Positions 30,640 through 40,284 are shown, counted from the stretch's first letter. The stretch is DNA of 64,000 nt from Candidatus Versatilivorator sp. (GCA_965207735.1 OZ242296.1:3712001-3776000), one strand, 5' to 3'. The notes: generated by a model from the letters alone, not told the origin. A program made the numbers and translations.

Positions 30640-30656
30640 CCTGGTTCACCCTTGTT

Positions 30657-30823
30657 GATAGTGGATAGTGGTCAGTGATTAGTGGATAGTTTCGGAAGTA
30701 AGGCAGCTACTCGTGACATCGTTAAGATCGTATTGGGAATTGATCGTTGAGTAGACATCAATGGATAGTGCTCAAACCGCCGATTAAATTACTCTCCACT
30801 CTCCACTCTCCACTAACCACTCC
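30657..30823. repeat. Two opposed runs of heptamer tandem repeats (NNNAGTG)
   Basis: GATAGTG GATAGTG GTCAGTG ATTAGTG GATAGTT (30657-30691) and CACTCTC/CACTAAC units (30790-30823). Confidence 0.7.
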
Positions 30824-31718
30824 GTTCCATTGCCAAGGCCGGCATGGACTCTTCCACGACCTCGAGAAAGACGATACAAGCCCGGGAGAGATAACGGTTT
30901 TTTCGGTAGATGAGTCCCAGCTTGCGAATCAGGTTCAGATTCCTCAAGGGTAACAGGCACAAGGTTCCCTGCCTGCATTCCTCTTCAGCATAGCTCTTTG
31001 GCACAATCGAAATGCCCATTCCGATGGAAACGAATTTCTTGATGGTCTCGATGCTGGCAAGTTCCATGGAGATATGCAAGCGGTCCCACAGGCTTCCGAA
31101 GTGTTTCCTCAGCCGTTCGCGAGTGGTTCCGGCGGTGTGGAAAATGAAGGGATAGGAGACGACGTCCTCCAGGTCGGGCGAGGTCTCCAGAGCCAGGGGA
31201 TGGTCGGGGCCGGTAATGAGCCACAATTCGTCGTCGGCGATGGGCAGGATGTTCAGCTCCTGTTCCGGAACAGGCAGGGTGACGATCCCAAAGTCCAACT
31301 GGTTGCCGCGCACCTTGTCCAGGACTTTCCTTGAAAAGTTGCGGTAGATGCTTATCTGGACTTCCGGATATTTCTTCCTGAAAAGCGCGAAGATCTGGGG
31401 CAGCACGTATAGGCAGGTGGACTCATTGGCGCCGATCAGTATTTTTCCCTTGGGAACGGTGTTCACTTCGGTTACCGCCAACTTGGCTTCATCGTGCAGA
31501 TTCAGCAACCGCTCGGCATAGTCGAGCAGCACGTCCCCGGCCCGGGTCAGGAAAACCTTTTTACCTATGCGATCGAAGAGCCTTGCTCCCAGCTCTTCTT
31601 CCAACATCCGGACTTGCGTGCTGATGGCTGGCTGGGTGCGGAAGAGCTTTTCGGCGGCAATGGTGAAGCTCCGGTGGACCGCCACGGCGTGGAAGTTGCG
31701 AATCTGGTCGAGGTTCAT
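30813..31718 (-). CDS. LysR family transcriptional regulator
   Basis: SFTIAAEKLFRTQPAIS.QV..LEEELG.RLFDR HTH; LysR substrate-binding domain. Confidence 0.93.
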   Translation of the reverse strand: MNLDQIRNFHAVAVHRSFTIAAEKLFRTQPAISTQVRMLEEELGARLFDRIGKKVFLTRAGDVLLDYAERLLNLHDEAKLAVTEVNTVPKGKILIGANESTCLYVLPQIFALFRKKYPEVQISIYRNFSRKVLDKVRGNQLDFGIVTLPVPEQELNILPIADDELWLITGPDHPLALETSPDLEDVVSYPFIFHTAGTTRERLRKHFGSLWDRLHISMELASIETIKKFVSIGMGISIVPKSYAEEECRQGTLCLLPLRNLNLIRKLGLIYRKNRYLSRACIVFLEVVEESMPALAMERSG

Positions 31719-31787
31719 ATCGCAGTGGAGAGGGGCATTCCTCGATTTTTCGGTTCCTGAACCGGGCTGGCTGGCATCATTCGCAAA

Positions 31788-31806
31788 GCATAAGTTTTTC
31801 TTATGC
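31788..31806. promoter_or_regulatory. LysR-type T-N11-A palindromic operator
   Basis: GCATAAG-TTTTT-CTTATGC perfect inverted repeat about 70 bp upstream of the lysR start. Confidence 0.7.
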
Positions 31807-31925
31807 GGATCATATATCGGATAAAAGAAATTAGCCAGTCGGCAGCGCGGTGATTTGCTGCTGAAGGGCCGCCCGGGTTGCCAGACCTTCAGCTATGGGG
31901 ATGGCTCCACGAAGTGAGCCTCAAC

Positions 31926-32186
31926 TCAGGCCGCCGCTTGCTTGCGCCTCTCTTGCGCCAGGTCGTAGCCGGCTTGCCGGCGCATCCAGAAGTCGGCTTC
32001 CGACCAGCCAACACGCTCCAACGCCAACGCCAGCCGGGGGTTGATTCTTCCGGTTCCGGCCAAGAGCCGATGCAGGGTGTTTCTCGAAACACCGAGCCGC
32101 TTTGCAGCCGTGGTGACGCTCCAGCCGGTTTCCTCAATAGCCATTCGGATGGTTTCACCGGGATGCGCCGGGTTCAACATCGCCAT
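31926..32186 (-). CDS. higA: HigA family antitoxin
   Basis: MLNPAHPGE, HTH (AAKRLGVSRNTL), FWMRRQAGYDLAQ; GAGGAG RBS. Confidence 0.9.
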   Translation of the reverse strand: MAMLNPAHPGETIRMAIEETGWSVTTAAKRLGVSRNTLHRLLAGTGRINPRLALALERVGWSEADFWMRRQAGYDLAQERRKQAAA

Positions 32187-32196
32187 TGCTGTCTCC

Positions 32197-32469
32197 TCAG
32201 TGGTAATCGACCAAGTCGACATCTACCGCTTCACCATCCTTGAACCCAAAGACAATCCGCCAGTTATGGGACACCTGGACACTCCAGAAACCACGCCAGG
32301 AGCCTTTCAACGGGTGCAGTCGATAACCGGGGATGTCCATTTGCCGGGGTGTGCGGGCGTTTTCCAGGTCGGTCAAGATTTGTCGAATGCGAGTCGTCAT
32401 GGCTGGGCTGATGCCGCGAACGTCGTCGCGTTCGTAGAACTGCCTCAAGCCTTTGTGTCTCAACTTCAC
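32197..32469 (-). CDS. higB: HigB (RelE/ParE) toxin
   Basis: RHKGL..FY, PGYRLHPLKG, WSVQVSHNWRIVF, VDLVDYH; GTG start inferred. Confidence 0.88.
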   Translation of the reverse strand: MKLRHKGLRQFYERDDVRGISPAMTTRIRQILTDLENARTPRQMDIPGYRLHPLKGSWRGFWSVQVSHNWRIVFGFKDGEAVDVDLVDYH

Positions 32470-32498
32470 GTGAAGAATTGTCTCATAAGTTGAGACAC
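32455..32498. promoter_or_regulatory. Probable higBA operator (nested inverted repeats)
   Basis: TGTCTCA-TAAGT-TGAGACA (32479-32497) and a 12-bp IR GTGTCTCAACTT/AAGTTGAGACAC (32455-32466/32487-32498). Confidence 0.65.
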
Positions 32499-32777
32499 AT
32501 ATGAAAGAGTCTTGTTGGCAGACACCCGCCGGGCTCAACGAAGCCACCGAAGGAGTGAGATGAGAACCCGGCCCATACGTTCGGAGCCGTTCATCCTGAT
32601 GAAGAAGACCCCCCAGTTACAAGCTGTTATCAGGGGGCTGGCGCGGTCGAGTTTTCTGGCAACGCCCCTTTCACCGAATCGGCTGAGGTCTACACCACGT
32701 CTTCCGGAGGCAAGTACACGACGGTCGTTCACAACGGGCCGGCACCGCTGACGCCCTACTCGTCATGGGCCGCGAGC

Positions 32778-33073
32778 GTGGGAGTGGTCGCGGTAGATGG
32801 GGCCACTCCCACCAATGCCAGAGTCTTCAACAACTCTAATCGGAGTCAAACTGTTACTGCCGAAGTGTACTATCCCGACAGCGACAGCGAAGACCCCGAC
32901 CCGCCCCTTTCCTTCTCCCTGCCGCCGAAGGGATGGATGCAAAAGACTGTAACGGCAAGGGGGAACGTGGCTATATCTTTTGGAAAATTCCCCGAGAAGC
33001 CTACTTGTGGGTAGTGAGTGTAGACAATCGCTCTAACGATGGCACGCTGGCGGCACCTACTCCTTTGGAGTGA
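32778..33073 (+). pseudogene. Frameshifted C-terminal remnant of a probable extracellular protein
   Basis: Frame 1 ...TNARVFNNSN..QTVTAEVY... stops at 33014; a shifted frame continues AYLWVVSVDNRSNDGTLAAPTPLE* to 33073. Confidence 0.45.
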
Positions 33074-33462
33074 TGCCTGATTCGTAAGCTCTAAACTTCG
33101 TACGGAGTTCGCGCTTAATTTCTTCCAGTTCTTTGATCAGCATGTCGATCTGGCACTCAATTGTATTCGGATCAAACGCTTGTGGAGTTAAAGCCAACCG
33201 TTCATTCTTATCGCTCTTCATTTGAAGAGCCCCCCGTTTTTCACGTATACGCTAAAAACGGTACTGGCGGAAAATCGTCGTAGTTCTAGCTAAAAAACAG
33301 ACCGAAACGAAACCCCGTATCATTGTTCCTTTCTGCTTACAGTTTCACCCCAAGGGCAATTCCGGCTGTGCCGCAGACCGCCAAGCATGTAGAGCGATGG
33401 ATATCCACTCGCTGCTTGAACTTGACTCATTTCTCAATATCGCCTTGGCTCAAGGAATCTAT

Positions 33463-34160
33463 TCAGTCAGAAGGTGATTTCGATTCCGTAGCATACTCCG
33501 CGTCTATTTCAAGCGCCATTTCCCGCAGTTTTGAGAGTTCACTCCGAACGAACGACGTGAAAATCTCGGCATCTTTTGCGTTGAGCCGCCACTCCCCCTG
33601 TGGGCAAAATACTCAGCAATCTGGTTCAACGGATACTCAAGTAATTCAAGCTGATAATCGACACCCGGGTACGCCCCGGCAATCCTACGATTCTCAAGGG
33701 CCGCATTGAACTTCACAACGATCTCACGGATCTGCGAAACGTGAATAGCCCCATACTCCCAGCCGTGATTGCCTCGAATCGACTCGTACACCTTTTCGAA
33801 GTAGTAGTGCAGTGTTTCGGGAAACAGTGCTTCCAACTTCTCTTTCTCAAACAGTTGTCGATGTTCCATATCTTCCTTTCTCAATTCCTGAAGCAACGCT
33901 GTCAAGGCCTTTTCCAACTGATTGTGTTGAGTGTCCAGGAGTTCCTTGAGACTCACCTGACGGAACATAGGGTTTCCCTGATTTTGCGCGATTGTCATCA
34001 AGTTGAACCCGGATTTGGTGATCGACATACGTGAAATGAAGTTGAAGCTTTTTTTGCCCTTACCTCTACGACGCTCCGTTGGATGTCCGATGGAGTCGTT
34101 ACGAATCTTGCGAATATCAGCCAATCACGGATCGGCTTCATAGGGAATCTCGAGTGTGTA
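33463..34160 (-). pseudogene. Decayed HEPN-like (RNxxxxH) gene
   Basis: IRNDSIGHPT motif; in-frame TGA at 34125-34127; frameshift near 33590 restores a natural C-terminus LREMALEIDAEY...* (33463); no start codon of its own. Confidence 0.6.
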
Positions 34161-34383
34161 AGGAAGTCTTTCGAGAAACTCACCGAGGGTGAGTCCTGTG
34201 TCTCTTACGATCCGACACAACAGTATTGGATAGATGTCTCGACCCGAGTGGAAGGGGACAGTGGCACTTCTTCCTTCAGGATGAAAAAACTGCTTGCGAA
34301 ATCCGCGCTGCCGGACCTCGGCAAAGCCGAGAGCTTAAGATCGCGACGGCCTCGCGCGGCTTGAGAGTCGGCGCCTTTGCCAT
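34125..34383 (-). pseudogene. hicA: HicA toxin pseudogene
   Basis: MAKAPTLKPREAVAIL, then frameshift near 34335, then ALGFAEVRQRGFRKQFFHPEGRSATVPFHSGRDI; canonical GSH changed to GFR. Confidence 0.8.
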
Positions 34384-34386
34384 GAT

Positions 34387-34596
34387 TCAGGGGAGTGAAA
34401 TTCGTTGAGTGCCGACAAACTCTCCTTCAAGCATCGGTTCTCCATCTTCCAGAAGCATTTCCACCACTTCGCGAAGGTTCGTGTTGAGCTCGTCTAGCGT
34501 GTCGGCTTGGGAGTGGGCTCCAGGGAATCCGGGAATGTAGCCCACGTAGAGACCGGTCTCAGGATCTTGTTCGACAACCGTCGTGTATTCTCTCAT
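34387..34596 (-). CDS. hicB: HicB family antitoxin (short form)
   Basis: YT.VVEQD..TG.YVGYIPGFPGAHSQADTLDEL..NLREV. Confidence 0.88.
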   Translation of the reverse strand: MREYTTVVEQDPETGLYVGYIPGFPGAHSQADTLDELNTNLREVVEMLLEDGEPMLEGEFVGTQRISLP

Positions 34597-34901
34597 GGTA
34601 CGGAGACCTTCTCTCTTGGATTCGGCCCAGACTGAGAGGTTAACTCGGACCGAGCCACAGGATGGGGCAGGCGGCCAGGGACTGGATCAAGGAGTGCCCC
34701 TTGCCAGAACAGGGTCATATTCTATCTGTCCGAATCAAAATAATAGAGTACACCACTCAACAACTTGCTGGTGGCGAGAAGCCGTCTTTTTCCGTTGCTC
34801 GTGATAGAGAGGCTGACTGCATCGAGGGAATCATCCCAGCCCAAATTGCCGCTGAGCAACTGGGAGGGGTTGCTTTTGCGCGCGATTAGACTGAGGAAGA
34901 C

Positions 34902-35945
34902 TCAGGCCTCAATCTCCACCGAGGATGCCGCCTTTGCGATGGATGCCCAGATGTCGTCGGCGATGGGAATGCCGTCGCGCTGGCGGACCTGTTGGGCTCG
35001 GTCCTCGGGCACTCCTGGCAGCAGGACTTCCTTGAAGCCGGGGGCGGGTGGAATGGCCAGGGCTCGGCGGGCCAGTTCGTCGGCGCGCCGGCTGTATTGG
35101 GACAGGGGCTGGAACAGGTCGGCCCGAAAGGCGATCAAGGTGGCGCCGTGGCGTCGAAAGAGAGGGTCGGAATAGTCAAGCTGGGCCCCGTCGTCGGCCC
35201 CACTGAAAGTTCTGCCCAGCATCTCGGTGGCCAGCATCAAGGCATAGCCCTTGTGGCCGCCGAAAGGCAGGTGAGAACCACCGTCCATGAACTTCCGGGG
35301 GTCGGTGGTGGGATTTCCATCCTTGTCCACAACGGAATTGGGGGGAAGCTGCTGATTCCGGTTGAAGGCGTTGACCACTTTGACACCGGCGGTGGCGGAG
35401 GTGGCGAAATCGATGATGATCGGGGCCTGGCTTCCCGTGGGCAGGCCCATGGCGATGGGGTTGGTATGGAAAAGAGCCTTGCGCCCCCCATAAGGTGCCG
35501 CGGCCGGTTTCTCGGCACCCTGGCCTCCGGCCCAGACCATGGAGACCATGCCTTCGGCCGCGGCCATTTCCGCGTAGTGGCCCAGTCGGCCGATGTGGTG
35601 GGTTTGAACCAGGGAGACGACCGACAGACCCTGGCCCCGGGCCTTTTCAATGGCCGTCTGCATGGCGAAGCGACCCACCACGTGTCCGAAGGCCCAATCC
35701 CCCTGGACCAGCGCGCTGGCCGGGGTTTCTCGGGCGATCATCGGCTCTGCCGCCACGCGGATGTGTCCGTCCCGGATGGCCTGGACATAGCCCTCGATAT
35801 GCCATACGCCATGGGAATCCACCCCACGCAGGTTGGCCAGGACCAGGTGCTCCGCAACGATCTCGGCCTGGTCCGGGACGGCGCCGGCCGCTTCCAGAAT
35901 CTGCCGGGTCAACCGGCGAAGCTCGTCGGCTGTCTTGGTCACCAT
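34902..35945 (-). CDS. Ldh_2 family (malate/L-lactate/sulfolactate/ureidoglycolate dehydrogenase-like) oxidoreductase
   Basis: LRGVDSHG, HHIGRLG.Y, TNPIA, DFATS, PFGGHKGYAL, LPG.PE. Confidence 0.9.
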   Translation of the reverse strand: MVTKTADELRRLTRQILEAAGAVPDQAEIVAEHLVLANLRGVDSHGVWHIEGYVQAIRDGHIRVAAEPMIARETPASALVQGDWAFGHVVGRFAMQTAIEKARGQGLSVVSLVQTHHIGRLGHYAEMAAAEGMVSMVWAGGQGAEKPAAAPYGGRKALFHTNPIAMGLPTGSQAPIIIDFATSATAGVKVVNAFNRNQQLPPNSVVDKDGNPTTDPRKFMDGGSHLPFGGHKGYALMLATEMLGRTFSGADDGAQLDYSDPLFRRHGATLIAFRADLFQPLSQYSRRADELARRALAIPPAPGFKEVLLPGVPEDRAQQVRQRDGIPIADDIWASIAKAASSVEIEA

Positions 35946-36020
35946 GAGCGGTCATTCCTGGATCGGTAGTTGACAGGATTCCTGAAGATCATCATTGAAC
36001 GAGCTTGTGCGGAATGAGGG

Positions 36021-37608
36021 CTAGGAGTCTGCGCCGCAGGACGATTTCGGAAAGTTCAAGAGCGAGAGGCTACTGCGCAAGGCCGGTTCCAAGGAGTGCT
36101 TGGGAGCCACTTGGGCGTTGATAGAGTCTCAAGCGTCCTGTGGGCTCCCACAATGGGCGGTTGAGGACCTCCGTGGCCCTGGGTATTGGGTGGAAATCCC
36201 TTGCTTCAGGCCGCCATCAACGCACTCATCCTCTTGATGTTGAGGGCCAGACACACCAAGTCCCACTCCCCCTGCACTGATTGCAAGCCCCGCAGACTGA
36301 ACCGTCGGAATCCCAGCCCCTCCTTGATCCACCCATGAGGGGCTTCGGCAATCCACTTCCTCCGCCGATACTCCACCTGACCGGCTAGGCTGGCCAGCTT
36401 CTTCCTCATACGACTCTTGGCCGGATGCTTCCTGGGATCGATCTCTACCGCCCGCTTCCCCTCGCGCCCCAGCGCAACATAACCGTCCACTCCTCTCTCT
36501 TCCAGGGCCTGCAAGTCCTCCTCATTGCAGTAGCCCGCATCCGCCAGCACCTGTTTCGGTATCTCCTGGAAGCTCTCCTCCACCTCCTCCAGCAACTCCA
36601 TCATCTGCCCCTGATCGCTCGCCTGCGCCGTTACCTCGGTGGCCACAATGATCTGGTGCTCTCCGTCCACCGCCACCTGCGCGTTGTAGCATTGCTGGAA
36701 CCCCTCGGTGGAAGTCTTCATGATCCGGCTTTCCGGATCGGTGAAATTACTCTGCGCCTTCTCCTCCGGTTCTCCGTAGGCCCGCTTGTAGGGCCGTCGT
36801 GCTTTCGGGTTGCGGTCCTGTCCCGGTTTGCGCCCCCGCTCCTCATCGGCCTCCCGCTGGGCCGCCTCCAGCCGCTGCTTGGCCGCCTCGATCGCCGCCA
36901 GCCGGTCCTCCCGCCGCCGCAACTCCTCGGGCAACTCATCCCCACGCCGGTCTTCCCCGTACCGCTCATCTTCCTCCCGGTCCTCCCGCCGCGCCTTCTT
37001 CAACAACTCATGGATCTCTGCCTTCAGTTGCCGCTCCCGCTCCTTCATCCGACCATAGCTCATCGCCTTGCGCCGGCTCGCGTTCGCCCGCACCTTCGTC
37101 CCGTCGATCCCCAATCGCCCCAACCCCACCATCCCCATCTCCCGCGCCAAGCTCACCACCTGTACGAACAGCTGCTTGAAGTCCTTCAAATGCCGGCGGC
37201 GAAACTCGCACAACGTCCGATGCTGCGGAAAGTTCCCCGCCGCCAGCATCCGAAACGCCACGTCTTCCTCCAGCTTCCTCGCGATCTTGCGCGACGAGAA
37301 CACCCCTGTCGCATAGGCGTAAATCAACACCTTCACCATCATCCGCGGCTCGTAGGGCGAGTTGCGCCTCCCGTCCTCTTCATAGGGCCGGTAAAACGCT
37401 CTCAACTCCAGCCCATCCACCAACTCACTCACCTGATGGGCCAAGTGCCCTTCCGGTACCCACTCCCCCAGGTCCGGCGGCAACATCAACAGTTGCTTCG
37501 GCTGATACGGGCGAAACCTTGTCCCCATCCACCACCTCCTATGATGTCTCTAAGCCCGTTATTGTATCATTCAGCCCTGCCCGGGTTTTCTGCGGCGCAG
37601 ACTCCTAG
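36021..37608. mobile_element. IS1182-family insertion sequence
   Basis: Terminal inverted repeats (CTAG)GAGTCTGCGCCGCAG at both ends; CTAG duplicated (36021-36024, 37605-37608); single DDE transposase. Confidence 0.92.
36206..37528 (-). CDS. IS1182 family transposase
   Basis: VPEGHLA, YAYATGVFSSRKI, IDGTKVRANAS, TDPESRIM, YNAQ, LADAGY, Y.RRK.IAE.P.G.IK. Confidence 0.93.
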   Translation of the reverse strand: MGTRFRPYQPKQLLMLPPDLGEWVPEGHLAHQVSELVDGLELRAFYRPYEEDGRRNSPYEPRMMVKVLIYAYATGVFSSRKIARKLEEDVAFRMLAAGNFPQHRTLCEFRRRHLKDFKQLFVQVVSLAREMGMVGLGRLGIDGTKVRANASRRKAMSYGRMKERERQLKAEIHELLKKARREDREEDERYGEDRRGDELPEELRRREDRLAAIEAAKQRLEAAQREADEERGRKPGQDRNPKARRPYKRAYGEPEEKAQSNFTDPESRIMKTSTEGFQQCYNAQVAVDGEHQIIVATEVTAQASDQGQMMELLEEVEESFQEIPKQVLADAGYCNEEDLQALEERGVDGYVALGREGKRAVEIDPRKHPAKSRMRKKLASLAGQVEYRRRKWIAEAPHGWIKEGLGFRRFSLRGLQSVQGEWDLVCLALNIKRMSALMAA

Positions 37609-38684
37609 GTAAAGTCCTCGATGACCATGCCGCGGGTCTCGGGATGCTTCCGCAGAATCTCGGCGATGCCTGCCCGATCTCCCGCATCCACCTGGGTGCC
37701 GGGTGGACGGACAGGTCCCCCGGCCCTTCCCAAGGCTTCCATGGCCACCTTGATGCCGCTGATGCCGTAGCCCGGCTTGTAGCCGCGGATCTTGAGAATG
37801 GGGTCCAACTCGGTTTGCAGAACTTCTTCCATTTTGGCGGCCTCTCCGGCCACTCCGTGCTTCCAGAAACGCCTGGAGGACTCCGGAACCAGCGCGACCA
37901 CCGCGGTGGAATAGGCGCGGCTTCCCCGGGAAAATGAATCGGAGGCGGCCGGTTCATTTTCCGCCATGAACAGCAGGGGCTTGGCGACGGCCTCCAGAAT
38001 CTCTCCCCCGGTTCTGGGATAGTAGTCCTCATCAGCGCCCAGGGAGGGGAAGAATCCGATCATGTTGGGGATCTCGGCCAATCGGATGAGCACCTCCGGC
38101 CAGAAATCGTCTTGGCCCTTGGGGAGGACGACAGCGCCGATGGAGACCGAAGTCAGGATGTCCTTGTAGAATTCGTAGTAGCTTTCCGCGGGCCAGTTTC
38201 CCCTGGGAGGGAAAATCACCAGAGCATCCGCGCCGGCCTTTTCAGCATTCCTGGCCATGTCAATGGATATCTTGTATCCGCCGATCACACCCGCCATCAC
38301 GGGCATCTGCCGCCGGGCTCCGGCCACGGTGGCGGCGACCACCTCACGGTGTTCCTCCAGGCTCAGCTTCCAGCCTTCGCCATAGCCGCCTCCGACCACA
38401 ACCGTCAGTCGATCCCTTTCGGCGTGGTAGGCCACGTTGCGGCGAAGGCCCTCCAGGTCTACCGAGTAGTCGGCGTGAAATGGAGTGGGCAGGTAGTTGT
38501 GGGGACCGTCCAGGGCCTTGATCAGTTCCTCCGTGGAACTCCAGTGTCGGCCATGCGAGGAGGGCTGGCGGCAACCCCAGGGAAGAGCCGTTCCCACGAG
38601 GGCCATTGCTCCCATTTTGCAGAGATCCCTTCTGGAAGCCCATCGCCCTGAAGCCAACTTCGACTCTGTCGGATGATTCTTCAA
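37605..38684 (-). CDS. KdgD/DHDPS-fold protein with Tat (lipo)protein signal
   Basis: SRRDLCKMG...LPWGC signal; TPFHADYSVD, GG.GE...LS.EE, GY.ISGIK.AM, GPVRPP. Confidence 0.8.
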   Translation of the reverse strand: MKNHPTESKLASGRWASRRDLCKMGAMALVGTALPWGCRQPSSHGRHWSSTEELIKALDGPHNYLPTPFHADYSVDLEGLRRNVAYHAERDRLTVVVGGGYGEGWKLSLEEHREVVAATVAGARRQMPVMAGVIGGYKISIDMARNAEKAGADALVIFPPRGNWPAESYYEFYKDILTSVSIGAVVLPKGQDDFWPEVLIRLAEIPNMIGFFPSLGADEDYYPRTGGEILEAVAKPLLFMAENEPAASDSFSRGSRAYSTAVVALVPESSRRFWKHGVAGEAAKMEEVLQTELDPILKIRGYKPGYGISGIKVAMEALGRAGGPVRPPGTQVDAGDRAGIAEILRKHPETRGMVIEDFT

Positions 38685-38802
38685 GGCTTCCTCAATTCTG
38701 TTGCGAATGCTGGGAGCTGAATTGCGGCTGTGCTACGGAGCCGATTACACCGATTTACCGGTACCGGACGTGGCCAATCGGTCTGATATCCGTTTCAAAA
38801 GG

Positions 38803-40281
38803 CTAAGCCAGAATCGGTTTCACCACCTTGCCGTGCACGTCCGTCAGTCGGAAATGACGCCCCTGAAACTTGAAGGTCAGGCGGGTGTGGTCGATCCCCA
38901 GGCAGTGCAGGATGGTGGCATGGAGGTCGTGGATGTGGACGGGGTCGCGGACGATGTTGTAGCTGTAGTCGTCCGTTTCGCCGTAAGTGGTCCCCGGCTT
39001 GATGCCTCCTCCCGCCATCCAGATGGTAAAGCAGCGGGGATGGTGATCGCGGCCGTAGTCGTCGGCCGTGAGTTTTCCCTGGCAGTAGATGGTGCGACCG
39101 AACTCGCCGCCCCAGATCACCAGGGTGTCCTCAAGCAATCCTCTTTCCTTCAGATCCTGGATCAGGGCCGCCGAGGGCTGGTCGGTATCCATGGCCTGCC
39201 CCTTGATCTGCTCGGGGAGCTTGGAGTGCTGGTCCCAGCCGCGATGGAAAAGCTGAACGAAACGCACGCCGCGTTCCACCAGTCTCCTGGCCAGCAGGCA
39301 GTTGGCCGCGTAGGTCCCGGGCTTTCGGGACGCCGGGCCATAGAGCTCGAAGGTTCTCTCCGGTTCACTCGACAGATCCATCAGGTCCGGTACCGAGGTC
39401 TGCATTCTGTAGGCCATCTCATACTGGGCAATGCGGGTGGAGATTTCCGGATCTCCAAAATCCTTCAGCTTCAACTGGTTGAGGCGGGAGAGATCATCCA
39501 GGAAGCGGCGGCGTCCGGCGGACGAGAGTCCCGGAGGATTGGAAAGGTAGAGCACCGGGTCTCCCACCGAGCGAAACTTGACTCCCTGGTACTTGGTGGG
39601 AAGGAAGCCGCTGCCCCACAAGCGATCGTAGAGGGGCTGGCTGTCCGACTTGCCGGTCCCCTGCGAGATCATGGACACAAAGGTGGGCAGGTCCCGGTTC
39701 TGACTTCCCAGCCCATAGGAGAGCCAGGATCCGATGCTGGGACGGCCGGCCAACTGGGCGCCGGTCTGGAAAAAGGTTATGGCCGGGTCGTGGTTGATCG
39801 CCTCGGTGTGCATGGTCCGAATGAAGCACAGCTCGTCGGCGACCTTGGCGGTATGGGACATGATTTCGCTGACCCAGGCTCCCGATTGGCCGTTCCGATT
39901 GAACTTGAAGATCGAGGGGGCAATGGGCAGGCTTTCCTGGGTGGCGGTCATCCCGGTGAGCCGCTGGCCCTTGCGCACCGAATCGGGCAGTTGCTTTGCC
40001 CGGCGCTCCTGCAGTCCGGGTTTGTGGTCGAACAGGTCCATTTGAGCGGGAGCGCCCGACTGGAACAGGTAGATCACTCTCTTGGCCTTGGGGGCAAAGT
40101 GAGGAAGCCCCGTAAGCCCGCCATCTCCGGGCAGCGGTTGGAGGGTGGACCGGTCCGGTCCGGCTGCGTCCGCGTCTCCCTCCAGCAGCGACGCCAGTGC
40201 GGCTGTCCCCAGTCCCCAACTGGAGAGACCGAAAAAGTGGCGACGGGTGAGCATAAGCTGGCTTTCCAGGAAAGGATTCAT
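38803..40281 (-). CDS. DUF1501 family protein (Tat signal)
   Basis: [56 protein letters not shown]. Confidence 0.92.
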   Translation of the reverse strand: MNPFLESQLMLTRRHFFGLSSWGLGTAALASLLEGDADAAGPDRSTLQPLPGDGGLTGLPHFAPKAKRVIYLFQSGAPAQMDLFDHKPGLQERRAKQLPDSVRKGQRLTGMTATQESLPIAPSIFKFNRNGQSGAWVSEIMSHTAKVADELCFIRTMHTEAINHDPAITFFQTGAQLAGRPSIGSWLSYGLGSQNRDLPTFVSMISQGTGKSDSQPLYDRLWGSGFLPTKYQGVKFRSVGDPVLYLSNPPGLSSAGRRRFLDDLSRLNQLKLKDFGDPEISTRIAQYEMAYRMQTSVPDLMDLSSEPERTFELYGPASRKPGTYAANCLLARRLVERGVRFVQLFHRGWDQHSKLPEQIKGQAMDTDQPSAALIQDLKERGLLEDTLVIWGGEFGRTIYCQGKLTADDYGRDHHPRCFTIWMAGGGIKPGTTYGETDDYSYNIVRDPVHIHDLHATILHCLGIDHTRLTFKFQGRHFRLTDVHGKVVKPILA

Positions 40282-40284
40282 GGC

